Below are positions 1-9,351 of a stretch of 64,000 bases of DNA, in pieces. How positions within the stretch are numbered: the first letter of the stretch is position 1; each line of letters opens with the position of its first letter. The stretch covers positions 4,002 through 68,001 of the forward strand of contig JAFNJB010000056.1 in NCBI GenBank assembly GCA_017601245.1. The letters run 5' to 3'. This DNA comes from Candidatus Brockarchaeota archaeon (GTDB lineage Archaea > Thermoproteota > EX4484-205 > JAAOZP01). Below the pieces are notes generated by a model, which saw only the letters and a program-made list of their open reading frames with translations, did no database searches and was not told the origin of the DNA. The position numbers and the translations under genes were made by a program.

Positions 1-652
1 GGGCACTAATCCCCCCTGATATGAATTGGAGAAAGCCTGCTAGCGGGTTTGAAGGTTGGAATATAGCCATTACCCACACGTAGGCAAGCTGCGGGGTGAA
101 GCAGAAAGGTAATGCTGTTAGAAAACCCGTTTCAACCTTCCTATCTTTGAAAAAGATTTTCGGAGTAAGGTAAACGAGTAGTAGGCTTAACGCAACGCTT
201 CCAAGGGTTGAGGAGAAGCTTACGTTTACGACGGGTATTAGCAAAGCCAGCCCAATCCTGACGTAAAGGCTTGACGCGGAAAGGCTTAGAAGCAGGAGCG
301 CTGCCGCCGGAAGCATCATCCAATTGGGTATTTCGCTGAAAACCCTTACTGGCACCAGGGTTTCGAAAACCTTTGGTATTTCTCCAGAAGAGGAAGGCGG
401 TATTAAGCCTGATTTCAAAGCAAGGTAGACTTTCATACCCTGTTCGCTCAGCGCATACTTCTTATCACCCTTCTGCTCGACGAGTTCTCCTAGTGCGAGA
501 AGATTATGGTAGAGGCTGCCGGTGCTTAGGCCAAGGTCTCTTTTAAGCTCTTTAATACTCATCGGACCGGCTTCGCCAAGCCTGATTATCAGCGCCCTCC
601 TCTTACCGTATGAGAGCGCCGATATCACCTTTTCCAGACCCTCTTCGTCCAC
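1..652 (-). CDS. Membrane-anchored winged-HTH (ArsR-like) transcriptional regulator, C-terminal end beyond window; start GTG 652 or ATG 562
   Basis: Own minus-strand translation. Not in ORF track because it lacks ATG and runs off the edge. Sequence ...LEKVISALSYGKRRALIIRLGEAGPMSIKELKRDLGLSTGSLYHNLLALGELVEQKGDKKYALSEQG... has a wHTH pattern. It is followed by hydrophobic helices (MMLPAAALLLLSLSASSLYVRIGLALLIPVV...). There is no stop before nt 1. Confidence 0.5.
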   Translation of the reverse strand, partial: MDEEGLEKVISALSYGKRRALIIRLGEAGPMSIKELKRDLGLSTGSLYHNLLALGELVEQKGDKKYALSEQGMKVYLALKSGLIPPSSSGEIPKVFETLVPVRVFSEIPNWMMLPAAALLLLSLSASSLYVRIGLALLIPVVNVSFSSTLGSVALSLLLVYLTPKIFFKDRKVETGFLTALPFCFTPQLAYVWVMAIFQPSNPLAGFLQFISGGISA

Positions 653-735
653 GTTGACACCTATAAAGCTTAGAGGTATAAAAATAATGCTTCTGCTTTT
701 ACGCCCGGTTTACCCTCTGATTTATTTCCCCATCT

Positions 736-1815
736 TTAAACGCTGGCATGCTTATAGGAACCCAATACTTTCAGCTCAACGGTGTTTCGTTCAAGCTCCC
801 TTAAAGCACTGGAAACACTCTTACTCCATGTCGCACCTTCAAACTCAACCAGGAATCTGTACTCCCAAGGCTTTCCCTTAACCGGTCTGGATTCTATCCT
901 AGTCAGGTTTATACCGTTTTTCGCGAAGGCTCCCAGAGCCTTGTAGAGAGACCCAGGCTTATGCTCTAGTGTCATCATTATCATAGTCCTGGCTTCGCCC
1001 TTAAACTTCTCAACGGGCTTCTTAGACAGGATTAGGAAACGCGTATAGTTCTCCTGCTCGTCTTGAATATTCCTAGCCAGTATCCTAAGCCCGTATTCCC
1101 TAGCTGCCGCCTGAGAGCATATTGCAGCACTAAACTTTGTTCTAGCAGCCATGTAGGCTGCTTGAGAAGTGCTTGAAACCTCTCTTATCTTAGCCTCTGG
1201 CAAAACCTTATCTATGAACTTTCTAACCTGGGCGAGGGCATGGGGGTTTGAGAATATTGTCTTAACGTCTTCAATCCTCCTCTCTCTCGATGATAGGTGT
1301 AGCGATATTTTAATGACCTCCTCGCCCACTATGCTTAGGCTCGAGGAGGCAAGGCAGTCGAGAGTTTCGGAAACAGAGCCTTCAAGACTGTTTTCAACAG
1401 GGACTACTCCGTATTCTGCTTCACCTTCTTCAACGCTTTTGAATACGCTCCTTATCGTAGGATATGGTTGGAGGACGCACTGTTTCGTAGCAAAGTATTT
1501 TTCAGCAGCCTCCATTGTGAAAGAACCCCTTGGACCAAGGTAGCCGACTCTGAAAAAACCCTGCATCCTCCTATCGTAGTCTATTATCGCATCGTAAACC
1601 CTCTCTACAACAACCGGGTCGAGCCCTTTTTCAATAGCCCTTTTCGAAACGTGCTCGTATACTTTTCTCTCCCTATCCTCATCCACAACCGCTAACCCCC
1701 TGCTCTTTTTAACTCTATGTATTTCTTTGACGAGCCTTATTCTCTCAGCTATTGCATCAACGATCTTCTCGTCAACCCGGTCTACCATCTTCCTCAATTC
1801 CTCTATGTTATTCAA
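736..1815 (-). CDS. pheA: Bifunctional chorismate mutase / prephenate dehydratase with C-terminal ACT domain
   Basis: N-terminal AroQ-type CM helix (LRKMVDRVDEKIVDAIAERIRL), PDT core (VGYLGPRGSFTMEAA, TRF), C-terminal ACT (TMIMMTLEHKPGSLYKALGAFAKNGINLTRIESRP). Confidence 0.85.
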   Translation of the reverse strand: MNNIEELRKMVDRVDEKIVDAIAERIRLVKEIHRVKKSRGLAVVDEDRERKVYEHVSKRAIEKGLDPVVVERVYDAIIDYDRRMQGFFRVGYLGPRGSFTMEAAEKYFATKQCVLQPYPTIRSVFKSVEEGEAEYGVVPVENSLEGSVSETLDCLASSSLSIVGEEVIKISLHLSSRERRIEDVKTIFSNPHALAQVRKFIDKVLPEAKIREVSSTSQAAYMAARTKFSAAICSQAAAREYGLRILARNIQDEQENYTRFLILSKKPVEKFKGEARTMIMMTLEHKPGSLYKALGAFAKNGINLTRIESRPVKGKPWEYRFLVEFEGATWSKSVSSALRELERNTVELKVLGSYKHASV

Positions 1816-2903
1816 TCCTCGACCCTCCTTACTATGCCGGCTCTAACATAATGGTCGAGTAAAACCATTGCTGCAACAGCCTCCACAATAGGCACAGCCC
1901 TCGGAGCAATGCAGACATCGAACCTCCCGCCCTCGAGGCTAATGTCGACATTCCTCATTTCACCAAGGTCTACAGTACGCTGCCTGATTCTTATCGAAGG
2001 CGTGGGCTTGAAGACCATTCTGAATATTATCGTATTACCGTTTGAAACACCGCCTACTATCCCGCCGTCGTTATTGCTTAGAAGCTTGACTTCCCCATTT
2101 TCAATCGTTAGAACATCGTTGAAAACACTCCCCCTCATATTAGATGCTGCAAAACCCCTGCCGAATTCAACGCCTTTAACACCCGGGATTGCCATGGCGG
2201 CTCTAGCAAGGTCAACGTCAAGGCCTTCGAATAATGGGTCTCCTATTCCCGGAGGCACTCCGTAGATTCTGCATTCCACAATGCCGCCTACACTATCCCC
2301 GTGTCTCGAAGCATTGTCTATCTCGCTCATCATACTCTCAGAACACGCTGGGTCTACGCATCTAACAGGCGAATCGTAGACTTTTTTCAAGGATTCTTCA
2401 TCGGGCTCGCCCTCGTATTCCACGCTTCCTATCTTAGTAACGTGCGCATATATTCTAACATTCTTCTTCTCTAGGATTTGCATTGCTAAAGAGCCTGCTG
2501 CAACCCATCCCGCTGTAAACCTGCCTGAAGAAAAACCACCCCCCCTGTAATCGTTGAAACCGCCGTATCTGATCCTGTACGGGTAGTCTACGTGGCTGGG
2601 CCGTGGAGTCTCCCTTATCCTCTCGTAGAAGCCGGAGTCGGCTTCCCTATTCCAGATTACTATTAGGATCGGCGCCCCGGTTGTAAATCCTTGGAAGACC
2701 CCTGTGAGTATTTCGAAAGAATCCTCCTCAACCCTGGTTGTTGAACCGTATCCAGTCCTCCTCCTAGAAAGGTTAAGCCTGATCTTATCGTAGTCTACTT
2801 TAAGGCCTGCGGGGAAGCCCTGGATCAATGCTCCGACTAGCCTACCGTGGCTCTCGCCGAAGAAGCTGAATACCACCATTCTGCCGAAAGTGTTTAAGCC
2901 CAT
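1812..2903 (-). CDS. aroC: Chorismate synthase
   Basis: FGESHG...GLIQGFPAG, RRRTGYG and GGGFSSGR signatures. Length 363 aa. Confidence 0.9.
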   Translation of the reverse strand: MGLNTFGRMVVFSFFGESHGRLVGALIQGFPAGLKVDYDKIRLNLSRRRTGYGSTTRVEEDSFEILTGVFQGFTTGAPILIVIWNREADSGFYERIRETPRPSHVDYPYRIRYGGFNDYRGGGFSSGRFTAGWVAAGSLAMQILEKKNVRIYAHVTKIGSVEYEGEPDEESLKKVYDSPVRCVDPACSESMMSEIDNASRHGDSVGGIVECRIYGVPPGIGDPLFEGLDVDLARAAMAIPGVKGVEFGRGFAASNMRGSVFNDVLTIENGEVKLLSNNDGGIVGGVSNGNTIIFRMVFKPTPSIRIRQRTVDLGEMRNVDISLEGGRFDVCIAPRAVPIVEAVAAMVLLDHYVRAGIVRRVED

Positions 2904-4183
2904 TGCAATTCTACACCAGCCTTCTCAATCCAATCGTAGAAACCAGGATTAGATTTCGAAACGGAGCCAGCGTTAACTATGGTCGTCTCCCCCTCGGCAA
3001 AGGCTCCCGCCGCTATTAACATCATTTCAATCCTATGGTCTCTCCCAGCGTCTACCACAGTGCCCTTAAGCTTACAGGGCCCTTTCACAACGAGGTCTCC
3101 CCCCCTCAGAAAGGTTTCAACACCCATTTTTGAAAGGTTTTCAACTATGAGCGTTGCCCTCGCAGACTCCTTTATCTCAATCCTACTTATGTTCTTCAAT
3201 ACGGTCTCCCCCTCTGCGGCTGTTGCGGCAAGGGCTAATGCTGGAACAAGGTCTGGAGTATTTGAACAGTCTAACACGCATGCCCTTAATTTCCCAACAC
3301 GCTCCGCTATAAGCGTATTGCCCAACCAGGATATTTTAAGCCCCATTGCCCGGAGCATTTCGACTATCTCACTATCCGGCTGCGGCTCCTCCACTAACCC
3401 GTGTACCGTAGCCTTACAGCCTGAGACGGCCACCATTGCAAGCGGGATTGCAGCAAGAGAATAGTCTCCTGGCACGTAGTGGTTGAATGCCCTCGGCCTC
3501 CCGGGCTCAACCCTAAAAACACCCTCTTGAGCCTTCACCTCTACCCCATGCATACGTAGCATGCTGACGGTGAGGTCCACGTAGGGCTTTGAGACTAGAA
3601 TATTGTTCGCTAAGACTACGGTAAAACCCTCTCCAAGCCTTGTTCCAGCAATTAGAAAGCCGGAGACGTGTTGACTGGATTCCGAAGCGTTTACGACGAC
3701 GGTGTTGGAAGAGAAGCCTCTGCTCTTCACCGTCAGCGGCGGCCTCCCATGGTTGGAATGTGTTTCAACCCCCAGTGACCTCAATGCTTCTTCAAGCATT
3801 CCCACAGGCCTCCTCAATAGGCTCTCATTCCCCGTGTAAACAGCGTAGGATTCCCTGGCGGCTACAATCGGAGCTAGCATTCTCAGGGTTGAAGCCGAGC
3901 CACCGCAGTCAATAATGTCGCTCGGGCTCTTAAAATCTAAGCCTTCTACAAGAGCCTCATTTCCATGAAGCTCGACTTTTACACCCAGATTCTTCAAAGC
4001 CCCGAGTGTTGATTCCACGTCTTCACATTTTGAGAGGTTGATTATTCTCGAAGTGCCTTCTGAAATCGCTGAAATCAACAGGCTCCTGTGAGAGTAGGAT
4101 TTAGAAGGAGGGGCAACGTAATCCAAGTCCCCTCGCCAACCACCCTTTACTCTAAGCACTCTATTCAACTCTTGCATTCTCAT
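2894..4183 (-). CDS. aroA: 3-phosphoshikimate 1-carboxyvinyltransferase (EPSP synthase). Start moved to internal ATG 4183 (MRMQEL...); the ORF-track N-terminus is the out-of-frame overlap with aroK
   Basis: LRVKGGWRGDLDYVAPPSKSYSHRSLLISAI... two-domain EPSPS pattern. ATG verified at 4181-4183 (cat on plus strand). Confidence 0.85.
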   Translation of the reverse strand: MRMQELNRVLRVKGGWRGDLDYVAPPSKSYSHRSLLISAISEGTSRIINLSKCEDVESTLGALKNLGVKVELHGNEALVEGLDFKSPSDIIDCGGSASTLRMLAPIVAARESYAVYTGNESLLRRPVGMLEEALRSLGVETHSNHGRPPLTVKSRGFSSNTVVVNASESSQHVSGFLIAGTRLGEGFTVVLANNILVSKPYVDLTVSMLRMHGVEVKAQEGVFRVEPGRPRAFNHYVPGDYSLAAIPLAMVAVSGCKATVHGLVEEPQPDSEIVEMLRAMGLKISWLGNTLIAERVGKLRACVLDCSNTPDLVPALALAATAAEGETVLKNISRIEIKESARATLIVENLSKMGVETFLRGGDLVVKGPCKLKGTVVDAGRDHRIEMMLIAAGAFAEGETTIVNAGSVSKSNPGFYDWIEKAGVELQWA

Positions 4184-5009
4184 TACACACGCTTGTTTCA
4201 ATAACCCTGCCGAATCTTGAAAGCGCTTCTTTAACTCTGCCAGCAACCTCAGGCTTAGAAACAGCTGCGACCGCAGGACCCTTTCCGGATACTCCTGCTG
4301 CAATAGCTCCAGCCCTAATAGCTTCTAAAGCGGGTTCGCTGCTTATCCCTAAGGCTGCCGAGACAGCTAGGCCGTTGAGAGTCATTGCAGTCCACTCTTC
4401 GCCTTCGAGAGCAAGCTTGTGAGCAAGCCTCATCAGTGGTTCAACGGGTTTGAAGAGCGCTGTGTCGATACTGCCACTCAACACACCGCCGGGCGGGACT
4501 AGTATCAGAACCCTTAGGGAACCGTCAACGATCCTCCTGGCAATTAGCCTCTTCTCAAAGTTGTTCGTAATGGTTATTCCGCCCAGTAAGCATGCTGAAG
4601 CATCGTCGAAAGCGCCCGTTATTGAAACACCTGCTTGAATACTCGCCTCCGCGGAATACTCTGCAGCTTTTAACAGGTCTACTTCTCCACATATTTCCTT
4701 TAAACACGCTAGTGCAACAGCCGATGATACTGCACTGCTAGATTTCAATCCTTTCTTAGCAGGTATTTCCGAGGAAACGTTTATCGTACAACCATATTGG
4801 ACGCCGTGGTCTCTGAAAATCAGGCTACATACTTTTTCAAGAAGATTGCCAGGTTTTAATAGTTTCCCATTGGAGTATATTTTGAAAACCGGTTCGTTAA
4901 CAAGCTTAAATGATGCCTCTACCTTAAGCCCCACGCCCAATGCAGCCCCCAGCCCATTTGCCATAGCATTCACGATGCTTACTGCACCATGGACAACGGC
5001 CCTGCTCAA
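4161..5009 (-). CDS. aroK: Archaeal GHMP-family shikimate kinase
   Basis: GHMP kinase motif (PAKKGLKSSSAVSSAVALA), glycine-rich N-terminus, position between aroE and aroA. Confidence 0.8.
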   Translation of the reverse strand: MSRAVVHGAVSIVNAMANGLGAALGVGLKVEASFKLVNEPVFKIYSNGKLLKPGNLLEKVCSLIFRDHGVQYGCTINVSSEIPAKKGLKSSSAVSSAVALACLKEICGEVDLLKAAEYSAEASIQAGVSITGAFDDASACLLGGITITNNFEKRLIARRIVDGSLRVLILVPPGGVLSGSIDTALFKPVEPLMRLAHKLALEGEEWTAMTLNGLAVSAALGISSEPALEAIRAGAIAAGVSGKGPAVAAVSKPEVAGRVKEALSRFGRVIETSVCNENARVE

Positions 5010-5851
5010 CCCCTCAACCTCCTGAGGGCTTCATTCCTCATTTCATCCAACGGGGGCTTAATGCCAAACCATATTTCAAAGCTTTCAGCAGCCTGATGTA
5101 CGAGCATTTCTAAACCAGGTATTGAAATAACGCCTTTTTCAGAAGCTTCTTTAACGAGCCTAGTTGGATGAGGAGTGTAAACCATGTCGAGAAGCACTTG
5201 TCCCCTTTTCAAAAATTTGGTTGGAAACGGGGCCTCCCAACTGTTCATCCCCACTGGAGTAGCATTAACCACAACGTCGGCCCTGCTCAAAAATTCAGGG
5301 GCTTCATCCAAGCTTTTAACTTCTACAGTAAACCCCTTTCCCGCAAAGTGGTTTCTTAAAGAGATTGCTCTTTCAATACTCCTATTTAAGACGACTACTC
5401 TACAACCCATTGATAGAAGCGCTAGTGCGGCTGCTCTCGCCCCTCCTCCGGCACCTATTATGACGGCTATTCCACCACCTTGGAAGCCGGTTTGCTTCAA
5501 CGGTTCTTCAACACCTTTAACGTCAGTGTTAAAGCCCTCTAAAACACCGTTGCGTATCCTAACGGTGTTGACGCACCCCGTTAGTTCGGCGGACTTGTCA
5601 AGCTTGTCTAATAGATTTGCAACCGCAACCTTGTGTGGAATTGTTACGTTAAAACCCAAGACGTTGTTAAGCCTAACGAGAGATATGAAAGAATTAAGCA
5701 TATCGCTTGTTACTCTAAGAGCCAAGTATACTGCGTCTAAACCAAGGCTCCTTATCACCTTATTGTGCATTGGCGGGCTCAATGAGTGTGAGACAGGGTC
5801 GCCTATGACAAATAGAATCTTAGTGCTTGAGCTCGGCAGCCACTCTACCAT
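5006..5851 (-). CDS. aroE: Shikimate 5-dehydrogenase
   Basis: ILFVIGDPVSHSLSPPMHN substrate motif and Rossmann GAGGGARAAALAL. Confidence 0.85.
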   Translation of the reverse strand: MVEWLPSSSTKILFVIGDPVSHSLSPPMHNKVIRSLGLDAVYLALRVTSDMLNSFISLVRLNNVLGFNVTIPHKVAVANLLDKLDKSAELTGCVNTVRIRNGVLEGFNTDVKGVEEPLKQTGFQGGGIAVIIGAGGGARAAALALLSMGCRVVVLNRSIERAISLRNHFAGKGFTVEVKSLDEAPEFLSRADVVVNATPVGMNSWEAPFPTKFLKRGQVLLDMVYTPHPTRLVKEASEKGVISIPGLEMLVHQAAESFEIWFGIKPPLDEMRNEALRRLRG

Positions 5852-6525
5852 ATGCCCATCCTCCTGTATATTGAAACCATTTCCCCGAGGGTAACCTGGC
5901 CGGGTGCAAGGGCTTCATCGTATGAAGCATAAGTCATGAAGCCCCCGAGTAGGGGGGAGAGTATTCTAGTGGCGAAGCCCTTCTCACCCATTCCGAAGCA
6001 TATGAGCCTAAACCCCTTAGAACTCTCCAAGAAGAAAAGTAGCGTTGCCTCTTCCACTGGGTTGGTGACCGTAGTAACTATCTTGAAGACGTCAGCACCC
6101 CTCTCCTTCATTTTTGAGAGGATTCTCCTTAAGGTATTTAACCCCGGGGTCTTATTCCAATCGTGGTATGAGAGGATAACTCCTATATCCTTCTTACGGG
6201 CAAGCCTTATTACGCTACGCCATATCCTAGACTTGTATTCGACATCAACGTATTTGAAAGGGGTTTCCAGTGCTTTTTCGAAAAGCCTTAGCCTCTCCCC
6301 TTCACCACCCTTGTAAGCTCCACCATCGTAGAAGGGCCTGATCGTTGCTACTGCCCCTATTCTAGACTTCTCAACTATCCCCATTATTTTCTCGAAGTCT
6401 TCTTCTCTAGCATGGTCTAGCCTAAGCTCAACTAGGCTTGCACCGAGTTTTCGCGAAGAGTAAAACGCCCTCTGAATCCTGTTTAAATCATCTGCCTTAA
6501 CGGAGACGCATATTCTCGGTTTCAA
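5845..6525 (-). CDS. aroD: 3-dehydroquinate dehydratase, type I
   Basis: ICVSVKADDL...ASLVELRLDH TIM-barrel type I DHQase pattern. Confidence 0.8.
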   Translation of the reverse strand: MKPRICVSVKADDLNRIQRAFYSSRKLGASLVELRLDHAREEDFEKIMGIVEKSRIGAVATIRPFYDGGAYKGGEGERLRLFEKALETPFKYVDVEYKSRIWRSVIRLARKKDIGVILSYHDWNKTPGLNTLRRILSKMKERGADVFKIVTTVTNPVEEATLLFFLESSKGFRLICFGMGEKGFATRILSPLLGGFMTYASYDEALAPGQVTLGEMVSIYRRMGIW

Positions 6526-7511
6526 AACTCGAGCATCAGCTCTCCTTCAACAGGTGTCCCAAAGTGTCTACCAACCTTCTTAGGCGCATATGCGATAACC
6601 CTGTCTCCAGGCTTAAGGTCTCTAACGCTAATGGAGCCGTCGGGAGTTACTATCCTTATCGTCTCAGCATCCTGTAGGAAGACTTTTCCACTGTTTTCGT
6701 TTAAACGGACCTCGACCATTCTCAAAGGCCTCTTTTCAACCTTCATCCTGCAGATTGTCAACGGCCTAGCCTCCCCTGATTTCGACACTGCGAGAACGCT
6801 GTCGCCTGATCTCAAGTCGCTCAAATAGGGAGTGGCCCCGTTAATACCCATGATGTACTGCGAAATTGCTCCAGCGTTAACCCTGAAGGGCCTGGGCTTA
6901 GTAAAACCGGATTCAAGCACCTCGGCTTCGACGAGTGTGAAGAGGGATGAGAAAGAGCCTATTAGCATTCCTTCTCCCGGACTCATTACGTCGCAAGTGT
7001 CTATGCACGCCCTCAAGCCCATCCCCGCTTCCGAAACCTTCTCTACAACGGCTTCTCTAAGCTTCAAAACCGCCTCTATGGGTCTCAATGACTCCGCAGC
7101 CTTAGATGCTTCAGAAGGAGACATGTTTAGAGCAACCCCGTCAACGCCAAGCTCTAAGGCCCTGAGGGCCAGCTTAGCTTCTTCGATAGTGGAAACCTCT
7201 GCTATAATCATAGTCCTACCCTTCAGCTTTGCTACAAGGTTCTCCCATGGAATAACCTTCCAATCGGATGTTTTGACTAGTATTTTCCTAAAGCCCATTT
7301 CAACAGCCTTTATCGCAGTCTCCTCATCCTCAGCGCTCTTAACCTCAAGCTCTAAGACGGCTGAAGAAGCGTCAGACCCTACGAGAGAATCCCCCTTAAC
7401 GAGCCTTAGCCTCTCCCCCTTCCCCTCAACAACGCCCATACTCCTAGAAACAACCCTATCAACACCCGGGATGTTCTGAAGCGTATCGTTGAAAGCCCAG
7501 ATCTCCTTCAA
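6522..7511 (-). CDS. 3-dehydroquinate synthase II (archaeal ADH-pathway DHQ synthase)
   Basis: About 330 aa, family-level resemblance to archaeal DHQS-II. Sits between aroD and the DhnA-type aldolase exactly as in archaeal aro operons. Confidence 0.7.
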   Translation of the reverse strand: MKEIWAFNDTLQNIPGVDRVVSRSMGVVEGKGERLRLVKGDSLVGSDASSAVLELEVKSAEDEETAIKAVEMGFRKILVKTSDWKVIPWENLVAKLKGRTMIIAEVSTIEEAKLALRALELGVDGVALNMSPSEASKAAESLRPIEAVLKLREAVVEKVSEAGMGLRACIDTCDVMSPGEGMLIGSFSSLFTLVEAEVLESGFTKPRPFRVNAGAISQYIMGINGATPYLSDLRSGDSVLAVSKSGEARPLTICRMKVEKRPLRMVEVRLNENSGKVFLQDAETIRIVTPDGSISVRDLKPGDRVIAYAPKKVGRHFGTPVEGELMLEF

Positions 7512-8314
7512 CCCTCAACAACCTCCATGGCGTAGTCTACGGAAGCACCTTCATGGACTATTGCCTTCAGCGCCTCAGCCATTTTCCTGGGCTCCTCGTG
7601 TTGGAAAACGTTCCTACCAATGGAGACTCCTGCAGCACCTGCTGAAATAGCGTCTGAAACCATTTTCAGGAATTCTCTCGTCGAAGAAGTCTTCGGACCT
7701 CCGGCTATTACTACGGGTATGTGAGAGGATTCGACTACGAGTTTAAAGGACTCAGGCGAGCCGGTGTAATTCGTCTTTACAACGTCTGCACCAAGCTCTA
7801 CGCCTATTCTCGCAGCGTGGGAAACCTCTTTTGGGGAATGTTCATCCTGGATCTTAGCGCCCCGTGGATACATCATTGCTAAAAGTGGCAGTCCCAGCCT
7901 ACTGCAAGCTCTGGAAGACCTTGCTAGGAAAGATATCTGTTCGCAATCCGTTTCCGAACCAACGTTAACGTGGAGTGAGAAGCCATCTGCACCGAGCGCG
8001 AGGGCCTCTAGCGGTGTTGCGCATGCAGTCTTCCTAAGTCTATCTGGGCTCAAGTCCGTCCCAGCGGAGCCGTGTATTATGAGGCCCATGCTTGAAAAAT
8101 CGAGGAGCTTCGCCCAGCCCTTGTGTACGACAACGGCGTCAACACCACCCTTCGAAAGCTCCTCTACCAGTCTCTTCATATTTTCTAAGCCCTTTACCGG
8201 ACCTATTGAAACACCATGGTCCATTGGGATTATTACCGTCTTACCGTCTTCTCTGAATATCCTCCTAAGCCTCCTTCTCTTAGCAGGATCCGGGTAATCT
8301 AGGATATTCTTCAT
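7508..8314 (-). CDS. 2-amino-3,7-dideoxy-D-threo-hept-6-ulosonate (ADH) synthase, class I aldolase DhnA family
   Basis: DhnA-type aldolase pattern (IIPMDHGVSIGP...HKGW...). Operon context with DHQS-II, asd and ask. Confidence 0.7.
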   Translation of the reverse strand: MKNILDYPDPAKRRRLRRIFREDGKTVIIPMDHGVSIGPVKGLENMKRLVEELSKGGVDAVVVHKGWAKLLDFSSMGLIIHGSAGTDLSPDRLRKTACATPLEALALGADGFSLHVNVGSETDCEQISFLARSSRACSRLGLPLLAMMYPRGAKIQDEHSPKEVSHAARIGVELGADVVKTNYTGSPESFKLVVESSHIPVVIAGGPKTSSTREFLKMVSDAISAGAAGVSIGRNVFQHEEPRKMAEALKAIVHEGASVDYAMEVVEG

Positions 8315-9351
8315 AGAAGCCTCATCTCCCTTAAGAGCTCGGCTACCAGTATCGAGCCTCCTGCAGCACCCCTCACAGTATTATGCGTAAGCGAGACGAA
8401 TTTAACCGTTAAAACACTGCATTTCCTAACCCTGCCTACGACAACACCCATACCGTCCTTGTAATCCCTATCAAGCCTCGTCTGAGGCCTATCCTCTTCT
8501 TCCCTAACCTGTATTACTGGGTCGGGTGCGGATGGTAAGCCCATTCTCTGCGGGAGCGGTTTAAACTCCCTCATTACCTTCTTAACTTCTTCAACATCCG
8601 CATCCTTCTCGAGTTCGACGAAGACATGTAGCATATGGCCGTCTATGGTTGGAACCCTGTTAACACTGGCTGAAATCGGAATATTGAGCGGTTTACCCGG
8701 TTCACCCAATATCTTATTAGTCTCGGTCTGAAGCTTCTCCTCCTCACCCTTTATAAAAGGTATGACGTTATCTATTATGTCTAGAGACTGGACGCCGGGA
8801 TAGCCTGCTCCACTCAACGCTTGTAGAGAGACCACTACTACTTTCTTCAAGCCGAAAGAGTCTAAGAGCGGTTTCAAAGGTATTACCAGAGGCATCGTCG
8901 TGCAATTAGACTTTGTAACAAGGAATCCTTTCCAACGCTTCTCCTCTTGCTGCTTCTCGATCAAGCTAAGATGGTCTGGATTGACCTCAGGGATTATCAT
9001 CGGGACTAGCGGGTCCATCCTAAAGGCGCTCGTTGTGGAGACAACTTTAAAGCCCTCTTCAGCAAGTTTCGGTTCTATTTCGACAGCAACCTCACTGGGG
9101 AGGCTTGAGAAAACGAGGTCAACGTCTTTCAAAGACTCCAGCCTAGTCTCTTGAACCACCATATCCGATACCTGTTCCGGCGGACTACCTCCGAGCAGCC
9201 AGTGCGCAGCCTCCTTGTATTTCTTCCCGACGCTCCTTTCCGAAGCTGTCAAAACCTTTATTTCGAAGAAAGGATGGTTGGAAAGGATTTTAACGAACCT
9301 TTGGCCAACTAGCCCGGTTGCACCGAGTATTGCTACGTTAATCTTCCTCAA
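8311..9351 (-). CDS. asd: Aspartate-semialdehyde dehydrogenase
   Basis: INVAILGATGLVGQRF N-terminal NADP site. Length 346 aa. Confidence 0.85.
   Translation of the reverse strand: MRKINVAILGATGLVGQRFVKILSNHPFFEIKVLTASERSVGKKYKEAAHWLLGGSPPEQVSDMVVQETRLESLKDVDLVFSSLPSEVAVEIEPKLAEEGFKVVSTTSAFRMDPLVPMIIPEVNPDHLSLIEKQQEEKRWKGFLVTKSNCTTMPLVIPLKPLLDSFGLKKVVVVSLQALSGAGYPGVQSLDIIDNVIPFIKGEEEKLQTETNKILGEPGKPLNIPISASVNRVPTIDGHMLHVFVELEKDADVEEVKKVMREFKPLPQRMGLPSAPDPVIQVREEEDRPQTRLDRDYKDGMGVVVGRVRKCSVLTVKFVSLTHNTVRGAAGGSILVAELLREMRLL

Noticed and set aside
141-323. 60-aa minus-strand ORF at the left edge
   Set aside because: It lies entirely inside, and out of frame with, the longer HTH-membrane ORF that I could translate. 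Composition is Arg/Pro/Lys-rich and typical of an alternative-frame artefact.
522-881. 119-aa plus-strand ORF
   Set aside because: Antisense to the HTH regulator and the pheA 3' end. Leu/Ser/Pro-rich low-complexity translation with no motif.
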